Below are positions 27,251 to 40,440 of a DNA stretch of 64,000 bases, one piece after another. The translations under genes and the position numbers were made by a program. The notes under the pieces were generated by a model. It did not search any database. It had not been told where the DNA came from and saw only the letters and a program-made list of their open reading frames with translations. Source of the stretch: Bispira polyomma (taxonomy: Eukaryota); the NCBI GenBank assembly GCA_965649765.1, contig OZ287756.1, positions 44,888,001 to 44,952,000 on the forward strand. Reading direction: 5' to 3'. How positions within the stretch are numbered: the first letter of the stretch is position 1; every line of letters starts with the position of its first letter.

Positions 27251-27479
27251 TTTACTTTTAGGAGAAAGTCAAGCAAATTTCCATTGGGAAACTCATCAGG
27301 GTACGGCTAAGTTCTGTACCAAGATATAACCTGCACTGCCATCATTTGAGGCAGACTCTGAACAAAAGTCTGTATGGTTTTTCGGTAAATTTGGCCTAGA
27401 AAGTTTACAATACATAAGTCTTCTGTATGATTGACATAATGGTTTCTGTTTTTGTTTTTGTTCGAAAAGAAAAAAAATA

Positions 27480-29800
27480 TAATCATAACTTAATACAAAC
27501 TTTTACATGGTGGGACAGTAGAAAGATGTCGTCTTCCAACAACATTACACAGAATGACATAAAGATAAAACGAAAAGGATAAAAAGTTGATCTATATATT
27601 GGAGAAAGATAAGAGAAAAAGGGTCACTTGTGTAAAATGGGGTCACATGGATGTAAGTACAAATGAGTTAACATTTTTAACACAGACAACAATCTTAAAG
27701 ATTGTCTGATTCCCATGGCTCTAGCAAGCAGTACAAATCGCAGCGCAAATTTCTTACAAAACTTCATATTTCAATGTAATGTGGAAAGGGTTTAATAAAA
27801 TGGCTACATAGTGTAGATTATTGAGAAATACTTCCACATAGACTTCTCATATTTGAGAAAATACAAGTTTCAGTTTGAGTGTCTTTGGAGAGAATATGGG
27901 CTCAGTAATTAAAATGTTTTACATCAAATGTGGATGTTTTGTGTCAGTTTTGATACAGTAGAACTGGTCTATGCTTTTTCCCCAATAGATAGATTTTTTG
28001 TGAAGGGAATTTTTTCCTCAGATAGCTGGGCTGTTAAAGAAAACAATCCATGTTGTGTTGACCTGCAAAACACCCTCTAAGGGGTTTTGATTGATAAAGA
28101 GATCAAACCGTTCAGTTAGGTTCAAATATTTCGATTAGTGAGGATGCCAGAGTAAGAGAATTAAAAAAAATGTTAAAGGACTTGTTTATTTGTCTTTTTA
28201 TTTGGTTGCTGTGAGACTATCAACAACATAGACCACATGTTAGCAGTCAGATGTACTAATAGAATATGTGGTGTCTAGTTATTATAATAAAGAAAGCTAT
28301 ACTAATGTGATTACTTTAAAATTAAAAAAAAAAAAAGTTCAGCAATATAGTTCGTTGGTAAAAGTATGAAACATAGTAGAAAAGGTTTTTAAAACTTTTA
28401 ATAACAAGAAGGAGCATCTATTCAGAAGTTTAATTGTAAATCCTGTAAACTTTTAACAGTTTTGGTTAAATTTGCAATATTTATGCAGTTTCTGATTAGT
28501 GCGGCTGCAAATATCTTGTGTTCTTGTAATTTATAATATCTGAATATTCAGTTTGATGAACACACTTTTCACTCTTTTTTGAAACTGAATGATCACGTCT
28601 AATTGATAACCTTTCTGTTATCTAAAGAAATTCAAATCTGTCACTCTTAACATGTCTAGATAATAGACGTTCTACTATATATATGTATTTCCCGCATATC
28701 CTTGAATACAACCACCTTCCGCTAAAGGACGTCACAAGACTTAAATATGATAACGTTATATGCGCTTCAGCATCCACTCGAATCAAAATTTATCGCTATA
28801 AAAGTTTGATTAGACAAGTTTAAATATGCAATAACCGGACTTAGTAGAGTAGTTTTGAGTATCTCACCCTGGTAGTCTTTTTCAGACCCATCTAAATGGA
28901 CATTTGTTAAGGCAAATATTAACTTAAAGATCACACACACCTCCAGGCAGAAACAATCGGATATCCTTCGAGTCAACTATACTCTATTTTCAAAGAGTGA
29001 AGATTAAGGATCCTAACCTACTTAATTATTACACCACAACAGGTATTTAATGCTCAACCATATACTCTTTTAAAACTCAACATGGTACAATGAGTAGTTA
29101 AGCATTTGCTATTTTTTTTACATAATTTGCTATTTTACTGTACTTCGTAGGCGGTTCCAATATGAAATCCTTAACAAATTCAATTGCTTGCTATTACTTG
29201 CCAGGTATGTGCTCTAGGTCAGGTTTTCGAAAAAATAGCACTGGTTTTTTCATATCCAATAAATTCACATTCTCTTGAGATGGATGCTGACACACACAAA
29301 AATGACATGGAAAAGCTGCACCGTACTATCAGTAACCTCCTATATATATCAGCCTGACATATACATCAGTCAACCTTCTGGATTGATTTTTCTCATTAAA
29401 ATAAATGATCTTAGCTCTTGCCACCACATCTTTGTCACTTCTTTCTGCCAGGGTTAGCATCAATGTTGTCATGCATGGTCATAATTTCATACTTGATACT
29501 CTCTATAGAAAATTACACCATCAGCTTGCATCCTTAAAATTTTCTCTGTAAGCCCCAATGTCTGCTTTTACCATGGTGCCCAGTTGCTGCCACTAAAACT
29601 TGCAACCTGGCACATCTGGTTTGAAGAGTGACCTTATCTTTTACAATGTACATCGAAACCAAAACCCATCTGTCCAAAACTCTAAATTAGCAGATATGTT
29701 CAACTGCGATTTTAAAATCACGAAGTCTTCAACTTTCAAAAATCACAGTTCACTTCTTTCAAAGTTCATTTGCTGCTTTGGCTTTGAAATATGACAATCC
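27480..29800 (-). mobile_element. Highly decayed L1/Tx1-like LINE remnant
   Basis: Scattered minus-strand fragments resembling the endonuclease (R..NP....RL) and the GEK..YF linker. Heavily disrupted. Confidence 0.4.
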
Positions 29801-31816
29801 CTCTCGAAGACCTTTAGTGGGCTAACAGATAACACGCTTACCTCTGAGGTCATGGGTTCATATCTCTGCCCTGCCACATATGTGGGGAAGTTAGCAAGTA
29901 GAGTTGTAAAAACAGTATTATACTGTTCATAAATCTGGAGCAATTTCTCTGCACTGGTTTTATCCAACTGAACAATATGATATAATACACATATGTTCAA
30001 AGTGACATTCAAGGTATGTGTACATTATAGCAAAATATCTTTAATTCTGTGTAAACAAAATCAAATAATGAAGAGATTATCAAAATAATTTACATTAAAT
30101 TATTATTATGGGAATAATTTTTTCCAAAAATATCTCACATCAGGTAGCCACCACAATGCACAGACTCCCTAACATACTTACAACTATTCACACGATTGGC
30201 AGAAATTTCCATTTTAATTGATTTTCCCCATACAATAAATCTACATTAAATAATGCCATAGCTAATATCTGAACAAATTTTACAAAATCTTATTTTACAT
30301 AAATATATATTGTGTAAGGTTGTCTTAATTTTAATTCTGCTTAAGTTAACATTACATGAAAAATGAAAGGTGGCATTAATAATCTTAAATTTATACAGTA
30401 CAAATTACATAGAATAATAAAACTGATCCCAATCATTTACTGTTTCTTACATCAAAATGTCATGGATCACACAACTTAACCAAATGAGAAAAGGTTGCTA
30501 GTCATCATGTAAAATATTCAACTATTAAACTACAAAGCTTATACTTTACAACCCTTTTAATACACATAAATTATTAAATTTAAGTCATACCTACAATAAC
30601 ATATTAAATCAAGTCACTCACAGCTACAAGGAATAAAAATTTAAGGTAAAAATTGAACAAAGTTACATTCTTTTAAGATAGTCTTTTTAAAAAAAATCTC
30701 ACCTTCACTCGCCGAAAACGTTTTATTCAGTCCTCTATCCAAAAACCCTACTCTGAATTGCTCCTTAAGTTTTCAATAACAAACATTTTATATATAGTTA
30801 ATTCCTACTAGGGGCAAGAGAATTTGCCAATACACTAGTTTTTGTTATGCATATATACTCATTGATTATGCTTCTTAAGAAAATGTGCTTCTTGGCCGAG
30901 TTAAGACAATATTTGATTTTTTTTCCTACTTTCCAGGCAGTGAGTAATTACCCGTTATCTTTTTTGTTTGTGTAAAGTTTTCTTGCTGATTTCTATTCTG
31001 GTAGTTTGTATAAGGCATTGGACCAATTTAAAAAAGAAACATCATAACAAATTCAACCACTTCTAGAATTTTAATTGTTGTTTTTAATCTGATTTTGCTT
31101 ATTTTTTTAGTTTCTTTTTAACACTAAAGTATAGCTTGAGAAAAATGACTCATGAAGGTGTCACACTGTATTGACTAATGTCAAATCTGGTCTATTGGAG
31201 CTTTTTTGGCAACTGAGCTTTTCAACAAAATACACACATTGACCTGAAGGGTGTATAGAGTTCCATTAGTTTACAAATGGCAGTATATTGGATTATTGGG
31301 TTCTCTGGACAGGCAAGGACAAACTGGAAGGGACAAAACAGGAAACAAGGAAATCTTAAATGCATGGAACAGAAGACGGATAGTTACCCAGACATAATAT
31401 ATTTATATAAAATAATAAAGATTAGTTAATTATATTTTTTTGCTGCAGAATTTTCCTAAACGGAATGTGGGTTGTCTGGTTTACAGACAAAACGTACATA
31501 TTATTTAAAATATATACCAGTTTATTAATTTTTGGACAGTTTGTCCCAGGTGGGGTACATTTTGCCCTGCACCAATGATTGATTGATTGGGGTTTAACAT
31601 TGCATTGTACAACACATTGTATAGGTCATATTACGACGGGCAGTCCAAACAAGTTGATCAAGATTTTGCACTTTAAACATTGGCAAATAATTACCAACTT
31701 TTCCACATCAATCCGTGACCGAGATTCAAACCCAAATGTGGACTACATAGCTAAGATTGGGGTGTGAAAAAGATTACTACAAAGAAAAAGAAGTTTCATA
31801 ACCTGAAAGGGGATAT

Positions 31817-32373
31817 TAGTCTAAGCTTCCTTTCAGCAGATTCAGACGTCGGCCGATTTATTAACATTATAGCCGATCCGACATCAGTTGATGTAGTGTT
31901 TTTTTCATTCGATATAGACTCAATATTTGGCGGATGTTGACTATTTTATTGTTATTACTGTGCTGTTTCCCCCTCCAAAATCCCTTGAAAAACGGCTGAT
32001 ATATTTATGATTAAAAATGGGGGCCCACATTTACTTTATGTTTTTTTGTTGAAAAAATTGGCCTGATCTGATTTTTTCTCTCCTTGACCGATAAATTCTG
32101 ATAGTGTAACAGACATCTGCTGACTTCTGATGCAAACCCGTTCAAAGGAAACAGTTCCTAAGATGTACAGTGACTGAAATATGATAAAAAAACATGCTAA
32201 AAGGCTTTTTTTTCAACTGCCGACCATCAGATGTTATTGCTCAGGGAAAATTTTTTTTTTTACAGTATTTTGCATATTGGATGAAAGGAAGCGCTGCATT
32301 GGCTGATGTCGGATCGGCTTGGATGTTAATAAATTGGCCAACGTCGGGATCGGCTGAAAGGAAACCTAGGCTT
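31817..32373. mobile_element. Non-autonomous DNA transposon (MITE) with ~70-bp TIRs
   Basis: ttcctttcagcagattcagacgtcggccgatttattaacattatagccgatccgacatcag at the left end is the imperfect reverse complement of ctgatgtcggatcggcttggatgttaataaattggccaacgtcgggatcggctgaaaggaa at the right end. Confidence 0.8.
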
Positions 32374-32999
32374 ACATGGCTCACATTGGGGTGTGTGTAA
32401 AAGATTATTATGTAGGGGAAATGCTCCATTTGCTCCAAAAAGCTTGAAATAAATGTGGTACAAATCTTTTGACATTTTAATGAATTAATATGGCTATTGT
32501 CACGAATTGGATTTGTGTCAAATCTCATCGGGTCTCCCATTTGTCTTCGAAGAGTGTTGGATTATCCCCAGATACCATATGGTAATAACAGTCACTTTTA
32601 TTCACCACAGGAAGAAATTTGTGGCAGTGAATTTGAAAAGCATTTCAATTCCCCGTTACAAATTGATTTATAGGAAAATCTTTAAACTGTCTAAATGAAG
32701 TGTTTTTATATTTGTCAAAAGCATATGTCATATTCTTCTAATGCTTACTTAATTTGACATCTATTTCCACACTAAGCGAAAATTGCTTTTTGCCTCAGCT
32801 TTTATATGTTTTGCCAAACTTTTTGGGCTTATATGTGCACATTATGCACTTGTTTGTATATATATATATATATATATGTATGTATTAAATACAAGAGTAT
32901 CTATTGCTTTATAGGTTTATACCACCATCCAAGTCAGAAACAATATTTTAACTATCTTTTCAAGAAAAAGATACAAAACCAATAAGACAGTCAGTGATT

Positions 33000-33740
33000 G
33001 GTTGCACTAAATATCGTGGGATGGCATTGTCAAAACAAAGAAGTTTTAAGTCATTGAATTTAAATCAAGCTGGTAATGCTACACGCTGTACGTACATCGT
33101 GAAGATGGTCATTCCACAGCTTAGGAGCATGATAGATGAACACTAAACATTGGATTTGTGTACAGAATGAACAACTAAGTATACTTGATCAGGATTATTT
33201 GTGTAGAACTACAGATAGGGACTCACATATTTTAGTTGGTCTGTACTGATGTAGTTGTAAACAAAGACAACAGTTTGAGAAATGGCATTGGTACTTTACT
33301 GAAAGCCGCATGAAGGGATTTGAGAGTAGAAGTGATATGTGAGAATCTGGAGAATCCCCAGTATGCATTGAAACTTTGGAACATTTCTTACTAACATATG
33401 GCAAAATAATGAGTTAAAGTACAACTGTTAGAGTTAAAGGACCCGAGGATTCCCTTGATTTCAACCTGAATACATCTGAAAAAAAAACCAAACTGAACCT
33501 GTTTGACAGATAAAATGTGATCCATTGCAGAAGAGAGCCATCAAAAACAAAGCAAGTTGACAGACAAGTATATATCATGATCAATGGTATCAAAGGTAGC
33601 AGATAGATCAAGTAGTGATGTAGGCATGCCTTCTGACAGAGATATATAAATCTTTGTTTCGTGCACAACAGAGTGGTTTCAATAGAGCTCTATTTTTATG
33701 AATGGTCACAAGTATAGGTTATTCCAATGTACATTGATTT
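33000..33740 (-). mobile_element. L2 LINE RT fragment
   Basis: Minus strand LLDLSATFDTIDHDI (canonical LLDLSAAFDT.DH) and a degenerate QG-S-LGP motif. Confidence 0.75.
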
Positions 33741-34503
33741 ACACATGCCCTCTATTTAAGTTGAGTGTAAGTTTGAGCAGTGGCTGTATTCTCGAAACTT
33801 AGCAAAGTATATCAGTTTAAGTTTTACTTTAGCTAAGTATGGTTTAGTTGGTATTCTCAAAGTAAATACTTAGCTTAGCAAATAGTAAGTATATGATGCT
33901 ACTTAAGTTTTCACAAAATATATCAATACACACTTCCTTGTTGCGTTTCTTCATTTAGAGGCACATAAGTGTATGCAAAAAAAGTTTAAAAGAATATCCA
34001 ATAAAATGTCCTAGTCGTAAAACTCTGCGTGTGGTGTGTGTTTGTGTGTGTGTGTGTGTGGAGATCATGTCCCCCTCACATAGAAATTCTACATTGTCAT
34101 AATAAATAAATTGCAATCTTACGTTTCTGACAAATGTTCAAGATAACAAACTTGGAATGCCACTCCTTTGTTGCTAAACCTATTAGAACAGATAATCTGT
34201 GTGTGTCTGCCAAAAAGTTAAAAAAATACGTTTGTGTCCCTTTTTTGGCACAAATTAGCAGTCAATAGGGGGCCCACTGAGAGTATGGACAAAGTGGTAT
34301 GGCAGGATAAATGAAATACAATGATATATATCTCTTTGGGCATTTATTATATATCTATCTAACATCTAATATTAATATGGTTAGCAACATTCACAAATAC
34401 ATCAAAGAGGTGAACTTTAAAAGTTAAGGTCACCATATACACATTTTAAAGTTTACTTTTGATTACCTGAGGGGTGAATTAAGGTCACCCTCAATTACTT
34501 TAA

Positions 34504-35220
34504 GGGGCTATGAACGTAAACACATAAACTGATTGTCGATAATCATGTTACGTGTGTTCGAGCTTCTCACAAACTGTACAACTTATATTTTTGTGCCTTA
34601 AATTTGATTTATGGATAAGATATTTACATTTTCATGAGTAGAAGTAATAAAGAAAGACATATATTTTAATTATATGCTAATTTGTATCTGTCATTTTAAT
34701 AGGTTTTTTGGGACACACAATACTTATGGCAGTGTGTAAAATTGTAATTAAAAAGGTTAATATTTTTTTTTGCTTCACAAACATGACACAATTCACACAC
34801 AAGAAGGAAACAATTTTAAAATACTATACATAAAATAAGGGAAGATATTTGAAAAAATAAATCACTTAAAATAATGCATATGTTTTTTAAAGTAGGGCAG
34901 TGTACATAATGTGTTGATATATGCTGAATATATACATGTAAAGTGTCACAAAAGAAAACCGTCTCTCTTTGATTTGTTAAATCTAAATATGACGTTCCAC
35001 CAAAGATTTCAAATTGTGTGCATCACAATATATAATTCGCTGATCATTTTGTAATAAAATATCGAAGTTATATCAAAGTGTAAATATAAATGATTAATAT
35101 TGTTTCTAAGAACCATTTCAAGGCCGCTGTTTGGGGTAGAACTAAGTGTACTAAAATTGAAATCCGTAAAAGTAATATAATATTTCGGCAGCGCATTCAT
35201 ATGTTCACGTTCATAGCCCC
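34504..35220. mobile_element. Non-autonomous DNA transposon with TTAA TSD (Kolobok-like)
   Basis: TTAA|ggggctatgaacgtaaacac ... atgttcacgttcatagcccc|TTAA: ~20-bp TIRs with GG/CC termini. Confidence 0.75.
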
Positions 35221-35439
35221 TTAAGTTAGTGACCTAAGGCCACCCTAAATTGAAAAGTTAAGAAGAGTGAAGATGGCGACTCGTTAAGGTCACCTTAATC
35301 AGTGCTTCTACAATTCAACTAAATGTAAGGTTAGCTTAAACAAGCTTGTTTTAATGTTACCTTAATGTGTAACTTTGTAAGGTAAACGCAAAGTTATAGC
35401 TTTTACTATTACATATTATATGCTACCAAATGTTACCAA

Positions 35440-37200
35440 ATATACTCCGAACATGTACATATTACAATGCCCAAACACCATACTGCATATTTAATGTGGT
35501 ATTATACTTTGTAGGGACTTAGCCACAGTTGAAGAAGCATTAGGTGTGGACTGCAAGTACGCCCATACAGCTGATGATCGCCACCCCCCATGCGCAATGA
35601 TGAACTGCAATTCGATGTTGTTGTTAAAAGCTAGTGTCACCCCGGACCGCCTAAAGGAATGGAAACAGAAGATCAGGGTCAATCTTTATAAGTTTGAAAC
35701 GCTCGCGAAAGATCTAGTTTTTATAATTTTTTAGTAGGGCTAATTTTCTTTATCCGACTAACCAGCATATCCAATGTGGGTAAAGTAAGAACACAATTCT
35801 GACTATCATATAACCTAACTGTTACCATACTACTGACTGACGTGGCATCATATGCCCATGAAAGGTCCACTATTAGCGGTCTCATGTTGTCATCACTGGT
35901 GAGCAATGTAAAAACGTAGGGTTTGTGATTCAACAGACTCGAGATTGCTTTATGTAATCATTCTGTAACAAAGTACTGATCTACACTATCCTGAAATTGC
36001 TCAGCACTGTCATGGTTTGTTACATCACTATTAAATTTACAGCTCTCATGGTTCATGTCTAAAGGGAAGCCAAGTACTCAGGTAACAATGTGCCCTCATT
36101 CCCCACTAAGGCTTGATCCAAGCTCCTATGTTAAGCTCTGAGGGGACAGGTCCTCGCGTACCCAGGCTATTAAGACAACCCCAGCTGCCAACCACTTCAT
36201 GTGCTTCAATCGCCCACTGTTCTAATTAGTCGAATTTTATGTCATTTCTATAAGCTGGCACATTCCTAACAGCTCTGGTAATACTCTAAGTTGCCAATTA
36301 CTGGACCTTCACTGAGCTCATTTTGTAAACAGGCAGTACTGCCAACTTGTTTACCACCACTATTGTGTATACTTTGATTGTTACTATTTTCAATAAATGA
36401 AATTGCTTTGTTAGTACATTTTGGTGGGAATCCACCTATACCATTTGTAGCAGTTTTCCCACTTTTTCACAGGACAAAAAGCTCACTTTATATTTACATT
36501 TGGAATTTATGTCAATACTTTTCAAATTCTGTACATATTTTTAGTTGCCTTTTCCACATTCCACGTATTGCAAACTTTCCTCATTTCACACATCTTTGTA
36601 TCCCTAACATTTTCTCTACGCTATTTACATTTCTGCCACCTTTCTTATGTCTTTCTCGTCCTGTGCTCCTTTTTAACCTTACACATATCACTCTCCAGTT
36701 GCTGTAACTTGTCGAGTATAATGTTCAGTTGTGCCCCTGTTCCCTGGGGTGTCTACTCTGTCACTCTGTGCTGGGTCCCTCACTTCCTTAGTCACCTCCC
36801 AAGTTCCCTGTTGTTGAGGTCTCCTTCTCCCTCTGGTCACAGGTGTGCTGGAAACAGTAATGTCCAATTTGCACAGACATAACAGCATTACACCTTTTAC
36901 AATATCCAGTCTTTGTAGCCATTTTTTATCACAATCTACAATAGTTCGAAATAATTGTCTGATTTTTGTATAAAGTAAAATAGAGGATTCTGCACTAAAT
37001 CCTTTTAAAAACGAAGCATGTACATAACATATTTGAATAAAATTCACGAGATAGTAAAGAAAGATACAAGCGATGCGTGAATAAATATAGACTCCTAACT
37101 ATATGGCTCACTTCCGTAAACACTTATTTAACACAACCGACCCTGAAACATGGGGTTTTATAGGTCCATTTCGTACCACAGAGCTTTAAATGGAGCGTCC
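35440..37200 (-). mobile_element. Internally deleted DIRS/Ngaro-type tyrosine-recombinase retrotransposon
   Basis: RT N-terminal motifs PVPSELN..W, GFPL...NHDSA, IVDLSW..SV, PTLD.LV and KLDLSRAF...IDPD are joined directly to the YR C-terminus HSFRRSGVTLAF...HGGWRSSAVWAY. Confidence 0.8.
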
Positions 37201-38254
37201 CATAACTGGGGAAAAGAAGGGAGGGGATAAACTTATTGTTTTAAGGTGCGGACCCTCTAACGGACACAAACTTCTGCGCAACTTCAACGCAATATTAAGA
37301 CATCTCAACTGTAACATACAACCTAGCCTTCCACTAGCCTCTAATAAGTTAAAATTAGCCTAATAGGTTTTTGATCATAGCTGTTTCAGTATATCCATTA
37401 AATGTCTGAAAGTGAGGGTATCAAAAGGTAGGACTATCTGTTGTCAACACTATATGTTACATTCTGGATATGTAACTGGCCAAAAATGCCATCTTAGAGT
37501 CAAAATATGATACCAGTGTGTACAACAAAGTTATTTACAGTATGAATAGCAAAGCCTGGTGTAATACTAATGAAAATAACCCTGCAGATGAAGTAAAGAT
37601 ATCAAATATCATTGATGTTCTCAATATGAGACAAGATCGTAATTCTGTGTTTAACTGTAATGAACTTCAAGTGATGTTAGAATTCTTTTGTACATAAATG
37701 TCATTTGTAATTAATTAATTCACACTTTTTTTTTTTTTCTTTCTCTTTCTCTTTTTTTTTTCATTATTATTGTACAATATAAAGTACGAATAAAGATATA
37801 TATATATAAAGTCCAGAGACCCTCAGGGATCTCATATTTATTTATCAGTAGTCTCTACGGTATAATGTAAAATATAACGTCAAGTACACAGTAGCTTCAT
37901 TTGCATGGACAAGTTTGACAATTCAGTAATATGCAAACAAAAAACAGGACCTTAAGCATTTTGTCCTAGGCAGAGGAAATAGAAGTATGTTGATACATGT
38001 AATCTAATAACTTTCTTTAGTTGTTTGTGCTTGTATGGATTATTTGTCAGTTGAAACTATAGCACTACATACACCCCTAATAGAGATACCTGAAGAGCTA
38101 ACAATATCATTATATTATCGTATAATATTAATAATATTGATCTGGAAGATAAAAACAACCATTACACATGTTTTGATATTAGTAACATAAAATAAACTTT
38201 ACAATTATCTATTTTGTGTTGGCTTCATAAATAAACCCTAAGAAAATGATTCCA

Positions 38255-38435
38255 CTTAATATATACATTCTCCTTTCACTTGTTTCCACTCATCCATCAA
38301 TATCTGTAAATCTGACAGTATTATTTGAATTTCATTTTCACAATTATCCAAGACAGTTTTTTGGGTATTTTGTCCATATGTATGATAGCATCCATTATGT
38401 ATAATGATACAACAGAACATAATTTTAATCAACAT
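38255..38435 (-). pseudogene. Orphan exon 1 of a type-A short collagen (donor destroyed, collagen exon absent)
   Basis: [55 protein letters not shown]. No GT donor. Intron homology continues to ~37840 and then ends. Confidence 0.85.
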
Positions 38436-39091
38436 TTTTTATTGATATTGCTTGGACAAATACACTGTGCTATTGTGGTTCCTGTGCTCAAGTAGTGATT
38501 GTCAAATCTTCCTTGTCATATATTTACCTGTTAAAATTATTTTTTGTATTTTTTTTCTTTTGACAAATTTATTTAGTTATTATGGTTCTTATGCTGAAGT
38601 GAAGCTTGTCAAAACTTCCTTGCCATATATTTACCTGGTGAAATTATTCTTTGTGAATGTTCTTTTATTTCTTAAAATACTTGATAATAAATCTCCAGTT
38701 GTTGCACACAGGTGGGAAGAATCCCCTCGGAAGACAAAAATGTTTAAGAAGGAATGAAGTTGTTTTGTCTATAAGACCATTGAAAATTGTTTATGTATTA
38801 TGATTACTTAATGTAATGGTAATAATACCCATGAAAATAATTTGACAGACACAATTCTATACCATTATGTACGTTTACCAGGGGATTGATTAATCTTTTC
38901 AAAGCCTCTAATGTTTGTTAAAGTAGTATATATCTATACATACATATTTATGTATATATATATATATATCTTTACAGCCATACATATCAGTTTACTTATT
39001 TGATAATTGTTTGATATTTTTGCTAACATTGGCACATATTTAAAAATAGTCAAAAGAGGAGTTACTTAGCAACTCTCAATCAAGCGTTATG

Positions 39092-40440
39092 TCATGGGCA
39101 TCTTCTTTCATGGCAATCAGGTCTTGTAGGTGGACAGTTATAACATCCAAAAATATCATCTTGTCCAGGTGGTCCAGGGGGGCCTTGTATGCCATTGAAT
39201 CCGTTCAATCCTTTGGGTCCCTGTGTACCTCTGTATCCTTTATACCCACTTGGTCCAGGAGAGCCACCATATCCAGTATAACCCTTTAATCCTGGTGGCC
39301 CTGTATTGCCTCTGTCACCTTTGTCCCCAGGAGGTCCTGTGGTTCCAGGTTGCCCTTTATTTCCAGTTGTTCCTGTATCACCAGGTGGTCCTGCTTCTCC
39401 TAGCTTCCCTTGAACTCCTGTGTCTCCAGTGTCCCCTTGTTCCCCTGGATCACCCTTTTTTCCCTTCTCTCCTTTTTCTCCTGTGGATCCACGTTGTCCT
39501 TCAAGTCCCCCCGGTCCTGTACTCCCACTTGCACCTGTATTACCCATTGCACCTGTGGAGCCAACATCACCTTTATCGCCAGGACTACCAGGTAAGCCAT
39601 GTGGACCTCTTACACCTGAAGATCCAGTGTAACCTGTACCACCTGTATATCCTGTAGCACCAGTGTCACCAGCAGGAGCTGTGTCACCTATAGAACCAGT
39701 TTTACCAGGTGGTCCGGTGTAACCTGTATCACCTGGCTTACCAGGTTCACCTCTTTGTCCAGGGTAACCAGGTGGACCTCTGACACCTGTAGCTCTAACT
39801 AGGCTTCCGTCTAAAAATAAACATTGGACAACTGATATTTATGTTATAAATTTGGAAACAATAAGTAGATGATTACCCATTTATCAGTGGTTTATTTGGT
39901 ATAATGTAAAATATGAGGCCAAATACCCACTAAGTATATAGTAGCTTCATCTGCATGGACAAGTTTGAAAATTCAGTAATATGCTAACAACCAAAAATGA
40001 CTTATTTTCCTAGGCAGGGGTAATAGAAGTATGTTGTTACATGTAATCTAATAACTTTGTTGCTTTTGCTAGTATAAATTATTTGTCAATAGAAACTATA
40101 GCACTAAATACGCCTCTAATAGAAATACCTGAAGAGCTATCAATGTAATTATATTCTCACATGATAATAATAATAATGATCTGGAAAATACGCTTTACAA
40201 TTATCCCTTATGTACAATGTGTTGGCTTTATAGGTAAAAACCAAGAAAACAATTGTACCACTTACCATATACTTTCCCCTTCACTTGCTTCCACTCATCC
40301 ATCAATATCTGTAAATCTGACAGCATTATCTGTATTTCATCTTCACAATTATCCAAGACAGTTTTCTGGGTATTTTGTCCATATGTATGATAGCATACAT
40401 TAAGTATAATGATACACAAGAAAATAATTTTAATTAACAT
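39092..40440 (-). CDS. Short secreted collagen, type A copy 1 (exons 40266-40440 and 39092-39810; 297 aa)
   Basis: ATG, signal-like N-terminus, G|GTAAGT donor and tttttag acceptor (phase 1). 70 Gly-X-Y triplets (one Gly>Ala). Tail [21 protein letters not shown]. Frame checked open. Confidence 0.9.

Noticed and set aside
35491-35682. Phage or bacterial integrase (horizontal transfer)
   Set aside because: Adjacent DIRS/Ngaro-type RT motifs explain the tyrosine recombinase as retroelement-derived.
7000-37500. Upstream/start exons of the DEG/ENaC gene (candidates near 10530-10600, 18465-18496, 25150)
   Set aside because: Splice-like signals exist but there is no recognisable coding support. They cannot be assigned without transcript data.
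39223-39657. Plus-strand and alternate-frame ORFs over the collagen exons (also 45844-46182, 48688-48966, 59067-59439)
   Set aside because: Antisense or shifted-frame shadows of Gly-X-Y codon periodicity.
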